Virus record (IMG/VR): IMGVR_UViG_3300025637_000017
Location: 1-53,098 of that record
Reading direction: 5' to 3' (one strand)
DNA from: a virus
Taxonomy: Duplodnaviria; Caudoviricetes
Length of the DNA stretch: 53,098 bases
Within the stretch, counting starts at the first letter, position 1. Every line of letters begins with the position of its first letter. The notes below the pieces were generated by a model. The model saw nothing but the letters and a program-made list of their open reading frames with translations, was not told the DNA's origin and made no database searches. The position numbers and the translations under genes were made by a program. This document shows positions 15,487-25,783 of the stretch, piece by piece.

Positions 15487-17610
15487 ATGAGAGTCAGAGA
15501 ATTTGCTTCCGCGCTGGAGGCTGCGGAGTACTACGTCTCGCTCGGTTGGCAACCCATAGCGGGACGCCCCGCGGGAAAGATACCCCTAAACAAAGATTGG
15601 AAAACAGCTCCTTGGAAAGAGGGAGTGGAGCTAGCGCGATTTAATGAGAACGGTTCAGCGAACATAGGTCTGCTCTTAGGTAAGACATGCGTTGATGTTG
15701 ATCTAGACACACCTAACGCTCGGCGCTACGCTCCACTCCTCTTACCGCCAACACTATTATTAAAGAAGGACGGGATGGTCACGCATTATCTATACGATAT
15801 GCCAGTGGGCCACGATCCGATCCACACGAAGCAGTTCACGCTTCCCTCTAATAAAATGTCCTGTGAAATGCGAGGTACCGACGGTTCGGACGTATCGCAG
15901 TACACGATGGTAGGTCCGAGCACGCACCCATCTGGAGCTAAGGTCGAGCTTCTCGGGGACGCCCCCGCGGTGATAACGAGCGGAGAGTGGTTGTTCAGAC
16001 AGGTTCGCTTGATAGCGACATGTGATTTCTTAACACCCTATTGGTCCGACGGATCCCGAAACAACTTAACGCTCGGTCTCTCTGGGTTCCTTGCCAAGAA
16101 CCATTACGACGAAGAAACTATTCTCTCTGTTGTGGAAGCGCTCGGAGAAATAACGGGAGACACAGAGGATCGTTCGGCGCAAGTAAAATCAACCGTAGCG
16201 AAGCTCGAGAGCGGGGGTCGGGTAGCTGGAGAACAGACGCTCAGACAGCACCTTCCAGCTGATGCTTTCGAGGCACTTAAAAGATGGTACAGTGATCAGG
16301 TTACTAGACTAGAGGATTATGAGATCGATGAGATCGATGCGCTTCCTTTGGAACAGAGACTACCCTACCTAACCTATGTAATTGATGCGGACGTTTTCAC
16401 TACCGATGGATCTCATCTTAAATCGAATCAGATACCGATTATTTTTGGTAACGCTGCTTCACAGAAAGATATCAGGCAGGCTATGCTGAAGTGCAATAAC
16501 GTAAAGTCGTTCGGTTATTTTCCTAACAAAGAGCTGATCGTTAAGGCGGGAGTAGAGAACTACTGGAACAACTGGAGACCCACAACGCTTAGTCCTGTTG
16601 AGGGTAATGTGGAGCCATTCTTGACTCATGTAGCGAGTCTCTGTGATGGTGAGCAAGAATCGATAAGCACTCTTCTTGGTTTCATGGCGCACGCTATTAA
16701 GAAACCAGAGGAGAAGGTTCGTTGGATGCCGATATTAATCGGGGGCCAAGGATCTGGTAAGTCGACTCTCTGCGATATCATGGGTAGGTTAGTAGGCATG
16801 CATAATTATTCCGCTATAGCCGCCGCGGATATGCTAGGCAACTGGACGAGTCTACTAGAGAACAAGTTGCTCGTAGCGATCGAAGAAATGCGTATCAGTC
16901 ACTCAACACAAACCAAGGCACTCGCTAATGCATTAAAGGAAAAGGTAACTAACGATAAGGTGACGGTTAAGAGAAAATACATTAATGAGTATCAGATTGA
17001 TAACGTCACTCGGTTCATAGGTTTATCGAACCACTTGGTGCCTATCGAGATTGAAGCCTCTGATAGAAGATACTATGTGATCGTTTCGGCGAACGCTGTT
17101 AGGAACTCTGGGATGACCGTAGCTGACTCGACCAGAGATTGGATAGCTGGGTACCATGATTGGCTTTACTTTAATGGAGGGCTCGAGGCGATACTTAATT
17201 TTTTGTTAGAGTACGATACGCACCTTTTCACACCGAACAAGGCGCCACTACAATCTGACCGCCAGAAGAAGTTTAAGGAGTCGATACAAGAAACAACGAC
17301 CTCCCCTGATAGAGCGGAGGAAGCGGCGGAGGCTCTGCAGTACTTGTCTATGAACCACCCCGTCTGCGAGATCCAGACGATAAGAAATTACATGACAAGG
17401 GAGCAGGGGATAAGCAACGCTTCGAACAGGTTAGTTAACGCGGTACTTGATCACTATGGTTACAGGCGATTTAGCATAACCAAGAACGAAGCGAGCAAGC
17501 CCACTAGGAGATATTCTCTGTGTTTGCTTAGTCCTGAAAAGGAGTTCTCTATTATGTCTGACAGGGAGCTACTTGATGCCTACCTTAAACACATTGAGTC
17601 GGAGTTTTAG
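15487..17610 (+). CDS. Bifunctional primase-polymerase fused to SF3-like helicase
   Basis: N-terminal GK.P...W, NIGLLLG, DVDLD, HY.Y, PS.HP; PriCT-like G.RN..L; Walker A GGQGSGKS; Walker B IEE. Confidence 0.9.
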   Translation: MRVREFASALEAAEYYVSLGWQPIAGRPAGKIPLNKDWKTAPWKEGVELARFNENGSANIGLLLGKTCVDVDLDTPNARRYAPLLLPPTLLLKKDGMVTHYLYDMPVGHDPIHTKQFTLPSNKMSCEMRGTDGSDVSQYTMVGPSTHPSGAKVELLGDAPAVITSGEWLFRQVRLIATCDFLTPYWSDGSRNNLTLGLSGFLAKNHYDEETILSVVEALGEITGDTEDRSAQVKSTVAKLESGGRVAGEQTLRQHLPADAFEALKRWYSDQVTRLEDYEIDEIDALPLEQRLPYLTYVIDADVFTTDGSHLKSNQIPIIFGNAASQKDIRQAMLKCNNVKSFGYFPNKELIVKAGVENYWNNWRPTTLSPVEGNVEPFLTHVASLCDGEQESISTLLGFMAHAIKKPEEKVRWMPILIGGQGSGKSTLCDIMGRLVGMHNYSAIAAADMLGNWTSLLENKLLVAIEEMRISHSTQTKALANALKEKVTNDKVTVKRKYINEYQIDNVTRFIGLSNHLVPIEIEASDRRYYVIVSANAVRNSGMTVADSTRDWIAGYHDWLYFNGGLEAILNFLLEYDTHLFTPNKAPLQSDRQKKFKESIQETTTSPDRAEEAAEALQYLSMNHPVCEIQTIRNYMTREQGISNASNRLVNAVLDHYGYRRFSITKNEASKPTRRYSLCLLSPEKEFSIMSDRELLDAYLKHIESEF

Positions 17611-18492
17611 ATGCTGTTAACTAGAGCAAAGGAGTACAGTAAGGAGCACTGCTGGCAGTATGATATCCGCCTTAGGAACCGAGAGGAGGATCTTTCCGAG
17701 TCGGGTTTTACGGAGAAGTATGTGTCTTCTTTAAGGGTGAATGATTTTGATTTTAAAGAAGTTTTTGATGTAGCGGAAAAGAAGAGCTTGGTAGAATTTA
17801 TTGTTCGCCACGAGTGGCTGGGGACGTTGTCCCAGTACACAACCAACTGGTTTGCTTGCTACCATAAAGGGGTCCTTAGCGGGGTGATCTTGTTTAATAT
17901 GCCTAACGCATTTTCTAAGTATTTGGGGGAGGAGACAAAAACATTAGAGAGGCTTATTTCTAGGGGAGCTTGTATTTCTTGGTCCCCCAAGAACCTAGCC
18001 AGTTGCTTTTTGATGTGGGCTATAAAACAAATGGTTGAGAAAACTCCCTACCGCTTGTTCACGGCTTACTCCGACCCAGCGGCAAATGAACTAGGGACCA
18101 TCTATCAGGCATGCGGGTTCTATTACCTTGGGCAGACTTTTGGAGCTAAGACAAGATACATCAACCCGTATACGGGCAAGGTTGTTTCAGATAGGTACTT
18201 TAGGCAGAAGACAGCTTACAAAAAATATGCTTCTGAGTTAGGGATAAGCTGGCAAGCCTCTTGGAACCATGCGACAGGCATGAGTTGGGGCAACATGCCT
18301 TCAGAGATGGAGAAGGTTTTAAAAGATTTTGGTAAGAAGAAACAGGCGGAGTCTGATAAAATCATGGTTCCCCTAAAACATAAGTACGCCCTCGTACTTG
18401 GCGTAGATAAGAGAGAGACTAAGAAGCTTAGGGCGGAGCTCTTAAGCAGAACGAAAGTTTTTCCATACCCTAAACAAAGAGGGGAGTTTTAG
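17611..18492 (+). CDS. Mom-like GNAT-fold DNA adenine modification enzyme
   Basis: FI.RHEW, GVILF, ISR, PKNLAS, AYSDP...E.GTIYQACGF.Y.G motifs. Confidence 0.7.
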   Translation: MLLTRAKEYSKEHCWQYDIRLRNREEDLSESGFTEKYVSSLRVNDFDFKEVFDVAEKKSLVEFIVRHEWLGTLSQYTTNWFACYHKGVLSGVILFNMPNAFSKYLGEETKTLERLISRGACISWSPKNLASCFLMWAIKQMVEKTPYRLFTAYSDPAANELGTIYQACGFYYLGQTFGAKTRYINPYTGKVVSDRYFRQKTAYKKYASELGISWQASWNHATGMSWGNMPSEMEKVLKDFGKKKQAESDKIMVPLKHKYALVLGVDKRETKKLRAELLSRTKVFPYPKQRGEF

Positions 18493-18711
18493 ATGCAACA
18501 GATATATTTCGCTATGATAAACCTAATACTGGGGTTCGGTCTTGGATACGCGTTCGCTAACTGGCGGCTCCATAAGAGACACTCCGAGGAGGTAACCTAC
18601 CTTTCAGAAAAACTTTTTTACGACGCAGATAAGCTAGACGAACTTATAACCAAAACCCAAAACGATTTAAACAAACTAAAGAGAGCGCATAATACCCATG
18701 GACAAGAATAA
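18493..18711 (+). CDS. Small membrane-anchored protein
   Basis: N-terminal TM plus coiled coil. Confidence 0.65.
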   Translation: MQQIYFAMINLILGFGLGYAFANWRLHKRHSEEVTYLSEKLFYDADKLDELITKTQNDLNKLKRAHNTHGQE

Positions 18712-18934
18712 TCAAAGAAGAATCCGCGAGCTTTCGCGTACCGATAAAGAGGGTCCTGAGATTGCTTGGGACAAAGGACAACCAAAGTACCGCTTGAAGG
18801 CTGGAGCAAAGACTTTCTTGGTACGCAACCTGAGCGTATGGTGTGACTTCTACGAGGTTAACTACCAGATGCTCTCTCGTATTATCCGAGACGGGCGAAC
18901 AGAGTATCAGGGTATCGTGGTCGAGAAGCTTTAA
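18698..18934 (+). CDS. Small putative DNA-binding protein
   Basis: NLSVWC....VNYQMLSRIIR.G, HTH-like. Confidence 0.5.
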   Translation: MDKNNQRRIRELSRTDKEGPEIAWDKGQPKYRLKAGAKTFLVRNLSVWCDFYEVNYQMLSRIIRDGRTEYQGIVVEKL

Positions 18935-18936
18935 TA

Positions 18937-20385
18937 ATGGAAGCGGAGCTAATACTAAAGACCGAGCCGATGGGTCACCAAAAAAAGAACTTCGATCTTT
19001 ATAAGGGAAGACGATTCTTTGCTTTCTTCTGGGACCAAGGCACTGGTAAATCGAAAGCTATACTTGATCACGCGGCTTACGCGTACTCCAAGGGAGTTAT
19101 AGATTGTGTGATAGTGATAGCTCCGAACGGGGTTCACACTAACTGGGTAACGGATGAGATACCAAAGCACCTAGCGATAGAGAACAATATTTATCGAGCT
19201 TATTATAATGGTAAGGGTAAGAAATGGGAGGCAGACTTTGTTGATGTTATCTCTGCTCAGAATTACCGAGACAAGCTTAAGGTAATCTGTTTTCCGACAG
19301 AGGGTTTCTCTACCGCTCCTAAGCAAAAGAAGGCTCTCGAGTATTTACTAGAGAACCACAAATGCTTTGGTGTGATCGATGAGTCCGATGATATTGGTAA
19401 TCCCTCTGCGAGAAGAACAAAGTACCTCTTAAAGCAGGCGCCAAAGTTTCTTGTTCGAAGAGTAGCTACTGGCACACCCGTGGATTCGAAACCACTAGCG
19501 GCTTGGAGCCAGCTGCAGTTTCTTAGCCCAACGATATTAGGGCAGGATTACTGGAGCTTCAGGGCACGCTACAGTATAATGCGCGACAAGATAATCCTGA
19601 TCGGTAATAAAGAGGTAGCACAGAAGTTCGTTGTTAATCATAGGAATTTAGATAAGCTCGGGGATATTATAGAGAGCTGTAGTGAGAGGGTTTTGAAAGA
19701 GGACTGTATGGATCTGCCCGCTAAGTCCTACAAGCCGATCAAGCTCTCTCCGAGCGCAGAGCAGAAAAGGGTGTATAAAGAAATGTCCGATAGGGCGTTA
19801 TACATACCAGAGAACGAGGATGTTATTGTTATCGCTAAGAACGCTCTGGACCAGCTCGGTAAACTATCTAGAATCACAGGAGGTTTCGCTTATGAGGGAA
19901 TGCCGATAAAGGATAACCCCAAACTAAAGTGGGTTCTGGCGAACGTTGACAAGTACACAGTTACCTCGAAGCTCATAATATGGGCGAGGTTCGTTGATGA
20001 GATAGAACTGCTCGCTAAGAAACTAGGTAACAGGTGTGCGGTTATTTATGGAGAGGTTACGGACGATGCGAGGGAGGCAGAGAAGCAGAGGTTCTTAAAT
20101 GATCCAGATTGCGACATACTGATCTCGAACGATACGATGAGCAGGGGACACACTCTGGTGGTAGCTGCAACGAGTATCTTTTACTCCAACAGCTACTCTC
20201 TTCGGGACCGTAGGCAGATGGAGGATCGTGTGCATCGAAAGGGGCAAGAGCTCGGTTGCTTGTATATCGATCTACTAATAGAGGACACGGTTGATGAGAA
20301 GGTTCTTGAGATATTAAAGAGCAAGAAAGATGTGTCTCAGGTAGTAATGAAGGATCCCCGTACGGGGTGGGTTAACTTAAAATAA
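18937..20385 (+). CDS. SNF2-family (SF2) helicase
   Basis: DQGTGKS, IDES, TGTP, G.TL, Q.EDR.HR.GQ. Confidence 0.9.
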   Translation: MEAELILKTEPMGHQKKNFDLYKGRRFFAFFWDQGTGKSKAILDHAAYAYSKGVIDCVIVIAPNGVHTNWVTDEIPKHLAIENNIYRAYYNGKGKKWEADFVDVISAQNYRDKLKVICFPTEGFSTAPKQKKALEYLLENHKCFGVIDESDDIGNPSARRTKYLLKQAPKFLVRRVATGTPVDSKPLAAWSQLQFLSPTILGQDYWSFRARYSIMRDKIILIGNKEVAQKFVVNHRNLDKLGDIIESCSERVLKEDCMDLPAKSYKPIKLSPSAEQKRVYKEMSDRALYIPENEDVIVIAKNALDQLGKLSRITGGFAYEGMPIKDNPKLKWVLANVDKYTVTSKLIIWARFVDEIELLAKKLGNRCAVIYGEVTDDAREAEKQRFLNDPDCDILISNDTMSRGHTLVVAATSIFYSNSYSLRDRRQMEDRVHRKGQELGCLYIDLLIEDTVDEKVLEILKSKKDVSQVVMKDPRTGWVNLK

Positions 20386-20398
20386 ACGGTGAATTAGA

Positions 20399-20962
20399 AT
20401 GGCAAATAGCATTGAAGATTTAATGAGAGCGGACTCTCAGCAACTAGAAATAGAGCTTCCGTCCTCCGATAAAATGTCGGATCTATCGGATATCATACGA
20501 CAGCTTGAGAGAGCTCAACTTGAGCTAACGCAGCTCGAGGCTAAGGTAACGGAGCAAAAGAAGGTTGTTATGAAATTATCACAGGTGGACATACCTGAGC
20601 TATTTCGAGAAATGGGCAACCTAAAGAGCCTAGAATTATCTGATGGGCGGAAGGTTTCGGTCTCCGAAGACTTTTCGCTAACGATCAAGAAAGCTACCGA
20701 GCAAGAGGCCTTCCAATGGCTCCGAGATAACGGTAAAGAAGAAATCATTAAGAAGAGCTTTACGCTAGTCTTTGATAAGGGCGAAGCGGAGGAAGCAGCG
20801 AAGGCAGCTGAGACTCTGTTAGCCAACAACCTGCAATTCAGCGAAGCGGAGAAAGTACATCCTCAGACACTGAAAGCATCCCTAAGGGGAATGATCGAGA
20901 AAGGCATAACACCGCCCGACTCGTTCACTTACTACCCCTACCAAAAAACTGTAATTAAATAA
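20399..20962 (+). CDS. Conserved phage replication-module protein
   Basis: AF.WLR.NG...IIK and VHPQTLKA motifs; lies between helicase and SSB-like gene. Confidence 0.7.
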   Translation: MANSIEDLMRADSQQLEIELPSSDKMSDLSDIIRQLERAQLELTQLEAKVTEQKKVVMKLSQVDIPELFREMGNLKSLELSDGRKVSVSEDFSLTIKKATEQEAFQWLRDNGKEEIIKKSFTLVFDKGEAEEAAKAAETLLANNLQFSEAEKVHPQTLKASLRGMIEKGITPPDSFTYYPYQKTVIK

Positions 20963-20976
20963 AATAGGAAACTGTA

Positions 20977-21759
20977 ATGACTAAGAAACAAGTTGCACCA
21001 AAGAAGAACACCGATGTGGCGGTGATCAATTATTCAAACGACGCGCAGTTAGCGACCCAGTTTGATCAGGATGATCTGACCACCCCGTTTTTAAAGGTAC
21101 TCCAAAAGCTGAGCCCTGAACTAGACTCTGATCGACCAGAGTACGTTGAGGGTGCGAAAGCAGGTATGATTATTAACACCTCGACCAAGAAGGTTTTCGA
21201 CGCACCGATCGTTGTTATCATCTGCGGCTATGAGCGCCAGATGCTGGAGTGGGTACCTCGAGAAGAGGGAGGCGGGTTCCGCGGCAGTATGGATAAAAAA
21301 GAAGCACTCGCTTTACCGAAGGACGATCGAGGTCGGTTCTTACATCCGAACGGAAACCACGTTATGGATACTCGCGTATGGTACGTGCTACACGTAACAG
21401 AGGACGGCTTACAACCAGCTGTTATCGCTCTTAAGAGCACGGGCATCAAACGGTCCAAGCAGCTGGGAGATATTATTTCTGCTGTTCGTATCGGAGAGGC
21501 GCCAAACCGCTTCCGCCCAGCTGACTGGAGCCACACGTACGTGATGGATGTTACTCACGAGCAGAAGGGCAACGACACATGGAAGCTACCACAGTTCTCT
21601 ATGGGTGAGTTGATCACTGATCCAGAAACTTACCTAGCGGCAGGAGATTTCGCTAAGATTGTTTCTAGCGGCATGGCTAAGGTAGATTATTCTCAGGATG
21701 AGGATGCGCCAGCGAGCTCAGGTAGCACAAGTTATTCTGAGGAAGATGAGGACTTCTAG
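20977..21759 (+). CDS. Putative single-stranded DNA-binding/annealing protein
   Basis: PFLKVLQ.LSPE...YVEGAKAG; acidic tail ending in F. Confidence 0.6.
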   Translation: MTKKQVAPKKNTDVAVINYSNDAQLATQFDQDDLTTPFLKVLQKLSPELDSDRPEYVEGAKAGMIINTSTKKVFDAPIVVIICGYERQMLEWVPREEGGGFRGSMDKKEALALPKDDRGRFLHPNGNHVMDTRVWYVLHVTEDGLQPAVIALKSTGIKRSKQLGDIISAVRIGEAPNRFRPADWSHTYVMDVTHEQKGNDTWKLPQFSMGELITDPETYLAAGDFAKIVSSGMAKVDYSQDEDAPASSGSTSYSEEDEDF

Positions 21760-21794
21760 TATCCCCTATCTGGATATAGGATGAAGTAAGTTGG

Positions 21795-21824
21795 GAGGGG
21801 GAGCGCTTGTTCCCCCTTTCATTT
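21795..21824 (+). terminator. Terminator-like hairpin
   Basis: AGGGGGA/TCCCCCT stem followed by TTCATTT. Confidence 0.55.
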
Positions 21825-21849
21825 GAGTTGCATATAAAGAGAGAAAATT

Positions 21850-23766
21850 ATGCCAATATATAAGTTAGATATAGTCGACGGTAAGGAACTCGTCACAACA
21901 GTAAAAACACTCCCTGATCTACGAGACGCTGTTCGGATCTGCGTGGATACAGAAACCTACGACCCCAACATCAAAACAACGGGCCCTAGTGTAAGAACAG
22001 GTGGCTACATAGCGGGGGTTGGTGTTGGAGCAGAATTTGAGAACGGGGAGGTAGATGGCTGGTACCTTCCAGTTGAGCACCTAGGCTATGAGGAAGAGTG
22101 CCTAGACAAAAAAGAAATCATGGGTTGGTTACGAGAACTTCTTTCTCGGACCGACAGAGAGGTCGTGTTCGCGAACGCAATGTACGATCTGGATTACCTA
22201 TCAACACAAGAAGGTGTGGAGGTAAAGGGCAAGATCATTGATGTGCTTCTGGCGGCACCCTTAATAGATGAGAACGCTTCAAGCTACTCTTTAGAATCAG
22301 TGGCTGGTGATCTGCTCGGTGAGGGCAAGGATGGTGAGGGACTCTACGAATATTGTGCTGAGCACTTCGGCGGTAGAGCTACCAGAGCTCAGCAAGCTAA
22401 GAACATTTATCGTTGCCCGCCGAAGGTAGTAGCTACTTACGGAGTGGGTGATGTTACCCTCCCCTTAAGAGTATGGTCAGAGCAACGAAAAATAATTACC
22501 TTTCAGGGTCTTTGGGGGGTCTTCGATCTGGAGGCTTCGCTGGTACCTATGTTGCTCGCAATGAGACAACGAGGTGTGAGAGTTGATATTGGAGGAGTAG
22601 ACAAGGTTCAGGCGGAGACCGCCGAAAAAATGATCACTCTTCAAAAGAAGATCGATGAAATGGCTGGTAAGCCGATAGCCGTTTACGAACCATCCTGTCT
22701 TCTGGAAGCGTACACCAAACTAGATCTCCCGTTCGCTAGGACCGAGAAGGGTAACCCCTCTTTCGCGGCGGCTGTTCTGGAGAGATCGGAGTTCGGTAGG
22801 ATGATCAACCAACTAAAGCAAGCGACCAAGATCCATGATGTGTTTCTTGAGAGCTACATAAACAACTTCGTTATCAGAGATAGGATCCACCCAAACTTCA
22901 ATCAACTGAAGGGTGATGACTCGGGAACAGTAACGGGACGCTTCTCTTCCTCTCAGCCTAACCTACAGAACATCCCTCGAGAGAGCGCGATGAGATCTCT
23001 GTACATTCCTGAGGATGGGGAGCAATGGTACAAGCTTGATTACAATAGTGTGGAGTATCGTTTAGCGTTGCATTACGCTAAGGGAGCTGCCGCGGATAGC
23101 ATGAGAGGGTTCTATGAAGAGGATCCCTTGTTCGATGCTCACCAAATGACAGCTGATGATATTGGTATAACAAGGACCCAAGCGAAGGCGATTAACTTTG
23201 GTTTGATCTACGGGATGGGTGTAGCTAAGCTATCTGCTGAGCTAGGGGTATCTCCTGCTGAAGGAAAGAAGATCCTGTACCGCTTCCATGATAAGGTTCC
23301 GTTTATGAAGGAGCTCCTAAACAAAGCGATGAAGAGAGCCTCTGATAAAGGTTACGTGCATACACTCGCTGGTCGTCGTCGAAGGTTTGAGTTGTTTGAA
23401 CCAGCTCGCTGGACGAAGGGAGCTTTCCCTAAACCAAGAACCGAAGCACTGCATGAGTATGGTCCGAGTATTAAAAGAGCCATGACTTACAAAGCACTGA
23501 ACGCGATCGTTCAGGGAGGCGCCGCGGATATCATGAAGAAGGCTATGGTCGATGTTTATCAGTCGGGTGTCTGTGATGTTATAGGTCTCCCAATGCTCAC
23601 CGTACATGATGAACTGGATTTCAGTGCGAACGACGGTCCCGCTCATCAGGAAGCGTTACGAGAAGTAAGTAATCTAATGGAGAACGCGTTCCAGTTGAGC
23701 GTACCTCTGATCGTTGACGCGGAGTGCGGCAAGGACTGGGGCTCTGTGAAAAAGGTGAGCTTATGA
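21850..23766 (+). CDS. polA: DNA polymerase family A with 3'-5' exonuclease
   Basis: DTET, N..YD, Y...D, TGRFSS..PNLQNIP, DYNSVEYR, R..AKAINFGLIYG, VHDE. Confidence 0.95.
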   Translation: MPIYKLDIVDGKELVTTVKTLPDLRDAVRICVDTETYDPNIKTTGPSVRTGGYIAGVGVGAEFENGEVDGWYLPVEHLGYEEECLDKKEIMGWLRELLSRTDREVVFANAMYDLDYLSTQEGVEVKGKIIDVLLAAPLIDENASSYSLESVAGDLLGEGKDGEGLYEYCAEHFGGRATRAQQAKNIYRCPPKVVATYGVGDVTLPLRVWSEQRKIITFQGLWGVFDLEASLVPMLLAMRQRGVRVDIGGVDKVQAETAEKMITLQKKIDEMAGKPIAVYEPSCLLEAYTKLDLPFARTEKGNPSFAAAVLERSEFGRMINQLKQATKIHDVFLESYINNFVIRDRIHPNFNQLKGDDSGTVTGRFSSSQPNLQNIPRESAMRSLYIPEDGEQWYKLDYNSVEYRLALHYAKGAAADSMRGFYEEDPLFDAHQMTADDIGITRTQAKAINFGLIYGMGVAKLSAELGVSPAEGKKILYRFHDKVPFMKELLNKAMKRASDKGYVHTLAGRRRRFELFEPARWTKGAFPKPRTEALHEYGPSIKRAMTYKALNAIVQGGAADIMKKAMVDVYQSGVCDVIGLPMLTVHDELDFSANDGPAHQEALREVSNLMENAFQLSVPLIVDAECGKDWGSVKKVSL

Positions 23767-24200
23767 ACGAAAAAAGTTTCAAGAAACAACTCTTGCGTGG
23801 TCTCGAAGAGTACTCGGAAGAACGGAAGCTTCCTTATCACTGGCAACTCCATGAGGATGCGAGGAGCGTAGGGTTACCTGATATTAGTTATGGTGTAGCT
23901 GGAGTTAACGGATGGATAGAGGCGAAGTACTCCGACAAGAACTTTTCTCCGAGCACCGCTTTCAATCCGCCCTTCGAGCCTTTTCAAGAAGCTTGGTTGG
24001 TGGCTCGAGGGCAAGCCGCGGGGAGAGCGGACTTGGTCTGGGGCTTCCGTGATGGTCACTTAATAGTGCCTTGGGATGCCCTTCTCTCGCGAATCTTAGG
24101 GGCTACCACCACCGAAGAGCTACTGAAAAGCACGAGAGCGGGCTTCTATTTGGGTAAATTTAACCAAAAATCCATGGCAAAGCTGGTAGACGAAAGCTAG
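23763..24200 (+). CDS. VRR-NUC/resolvase-like PD-(D/E)xK nuclease
   Basis: MNE..F, GLPD, WIEAK, Q..W. Confidence 0.75.
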   Translation: MNEKSFKKQLLRGLEEYSEERKLPYHWQLHEDARSVGLPDISYGVAGVNGWIEAKYSDKNFSPSTAFNPPFEPFQEAWLVARGQAAGRADLVWGFRDGHLIVPWDALLSRILGATTTEELLKSTRAGFYLGKFNQKSMAKLVDES

Positions 24201-25759
24201 TCAAAATCAAAGATAGTTTTTCCGCGTATGTGATTTATCAAGGCGCGGGTACCATTGAAATAGATAATACCGTCGGTTAGCATCCATGTGCTATCGCCCT
24301 GTGCGTAAGTCATTTCATCCGTGCTCGTGCCTACCTGCCAACAAGATTTTTCTATCCTAGGTGTGTGAGAGTGCCCTATAAAAACAGGATAAGCGGTCTT
24401 AGCGAAACCCTTCGGACTACCCCTCGAACCGTTAGTTCCCTTGTCCCCATGATTCTGAATAAGTATCCCATAGATATCTCTGGGAGCACTTCTATCAAGG
24501 AACTCGTAGTGCGCACCACATCCCCACTCATTAAAGCACGCCTCTAGAGCCGACTGCTCCGTGCCGTACATAACCCCCGCCAACCATCCGTGAAACTTAG
24601 CGTTCGCTGGATCCTTTCTGGGATCAAAACTAGCGTGCCAGATATCGAGGTGATCGTTGTGGTTAGCGCCAACAATATAGTTCAGGGTGTCTGCGCCTAA
24701 CCGCTCTAAATAATTGGGAGCAAGCCTAACCTCATCCTCTATAAAGATCTCTTTTTTCAGGGTGCGCTCGATACGCTCCCTGAGTGTTTCGTGATGACCT
24801 CCGATACCCTGATCATGAAGGTCGTGCCAAACTTGAGCGAACGGTTTAAGCAATGAGTTAACGCGTAACTTTGAATTAGTGACCTTCGCTATTTCATGAT
24901 AAACGTGGGAGTCGCCATGGACTATCGCGGGCGCCTCTGGTACCGCTTGCATGCCCCCCTCGGTCCAGTATTCGTTTCCATAGCAGAACCCTGTACCGTC
25001 CCAAGTGAGCTGAATATAATGAAAACCGCCTCGGACAACCTTAATGTAGATAGCCGATAGCGTGTGGTATTCTTTCGCTGTCCCTCCCGCATTAGTTGCG
25101 GAGTACCTCGCCTTGTTGCAGCTCCCCGTCGTCATCATTACCTTAGGCAATAATTTCTTAGGGCTACCGACCATTTCCATGGCTAGTTGAGGGTGACCGT
25201 AAACAACACTCTTCCTGCCAGTTAAAGCATGGTTTCCAGATAGAGGGTTAACTCGGGTCGCGTTCAGTCGATGAGAGGATATTACTAGATCCTTGCTTAC
25301 ATGAAAATCATCGGTGAGAACAAACGGATGTATTTCTTGGGACCACGAACCCTGATCCTCTTTGTGAAAAGCATCAGGGTTCCTGTACCGAACTGGTATA
25401 ACAAGTAGCTGCCCATTCTTAGATTCCATAAAAAGCTCTTGGGCTTTCAGGAATGGTTTTACTAGGGGGGAGTCGTTCGTGTGCGAGGTGATTACAAAGT
25501 CTTTCTTTTTCTTCGCGGAAGCGATATCTAGAGAAGAGGGGCAATCGATATCCCAGAAAGAAGAGGACTGCTTGCCGTTAATAGCAGGGAGCTCTACCCC
25601 CAAAAACTCCTCTGCTTGGCGTCTAATACGGTGCTGTCCTCTAGGGTCGGGTGTTTTGAAGCCAGCCCTGAAACAAGCGTCGGAGAGACTAGCCGCCTCG
25701 GGCCAGATACGGACGAGCTTCTTTAACTGCTGTTCTTTCCGAGCACTTATTCCTGTCAT
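24197..25759 (-). CDS. T5 A1-like metallophosphoesterase
   Basis: NPLSG, GHPQ, TTG, HGDSH, HDLHD, NHNDHL, HGDKG.NGSRGS, GHSHTP, QVGTS. Confidence 0.75.
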   Translation of the reverse strand: MTGISARKEQQLKKLVRIWPEAASLSDACFRAGFKTPDPRGQHRIRRQAEEFLGVELPAINGKQSSSFWDIDCPSSLDIASAKKKKDFVITSHTNDSPLVKPFLKAQELFMESKNGQLLVIPVRYRNPDAFHKEDQGSWSQEIHPFVLTDDFHVSKDLVISSHRLNATRVNPLSGNHALTGRKSVVYGHPQLAMEMVGSPKKLLPKVMMTTGSCNKARYSATNAGGTAKEYHTLSAIYIKVVRGGFHYIQLTWDGTGFCYGNEYWTEGGMQAVPEAPAIVHGDSHVYHEIAKVTNSKLRVNSLLKPFAQVWHDLHDQGIGGHHETLRERIERTLKKEIFIEDEVRLAPNYLERLGADTLNYIVGANHNDHLDIWHASFDPRKDPANAKFHGWLAGVMYGTEQSALEACFNEWGCGAHYEFLDRSAPRDIYGILIQNHGDKGTNGSRGSPKGFAKTAYPVFIGHSHTPRIEKSCWQVGTSTDEMTYAQGDSTWMLTDGIIYFNGTRALINHIRGKTIFDFD

Positions 25760-25783
25760 AATAGAGGACCGTTGGGTTAGTTT

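Noticed and set aside
11825-18495. TAG recoding suggested by repeated in-frame TAG-ATG junctions (817, 11827, 17610, 18492)
   Set aside because: Most junctions have their own GGAG RBS, core genes are full length, and TAG ends the capsid and SSB genes normally
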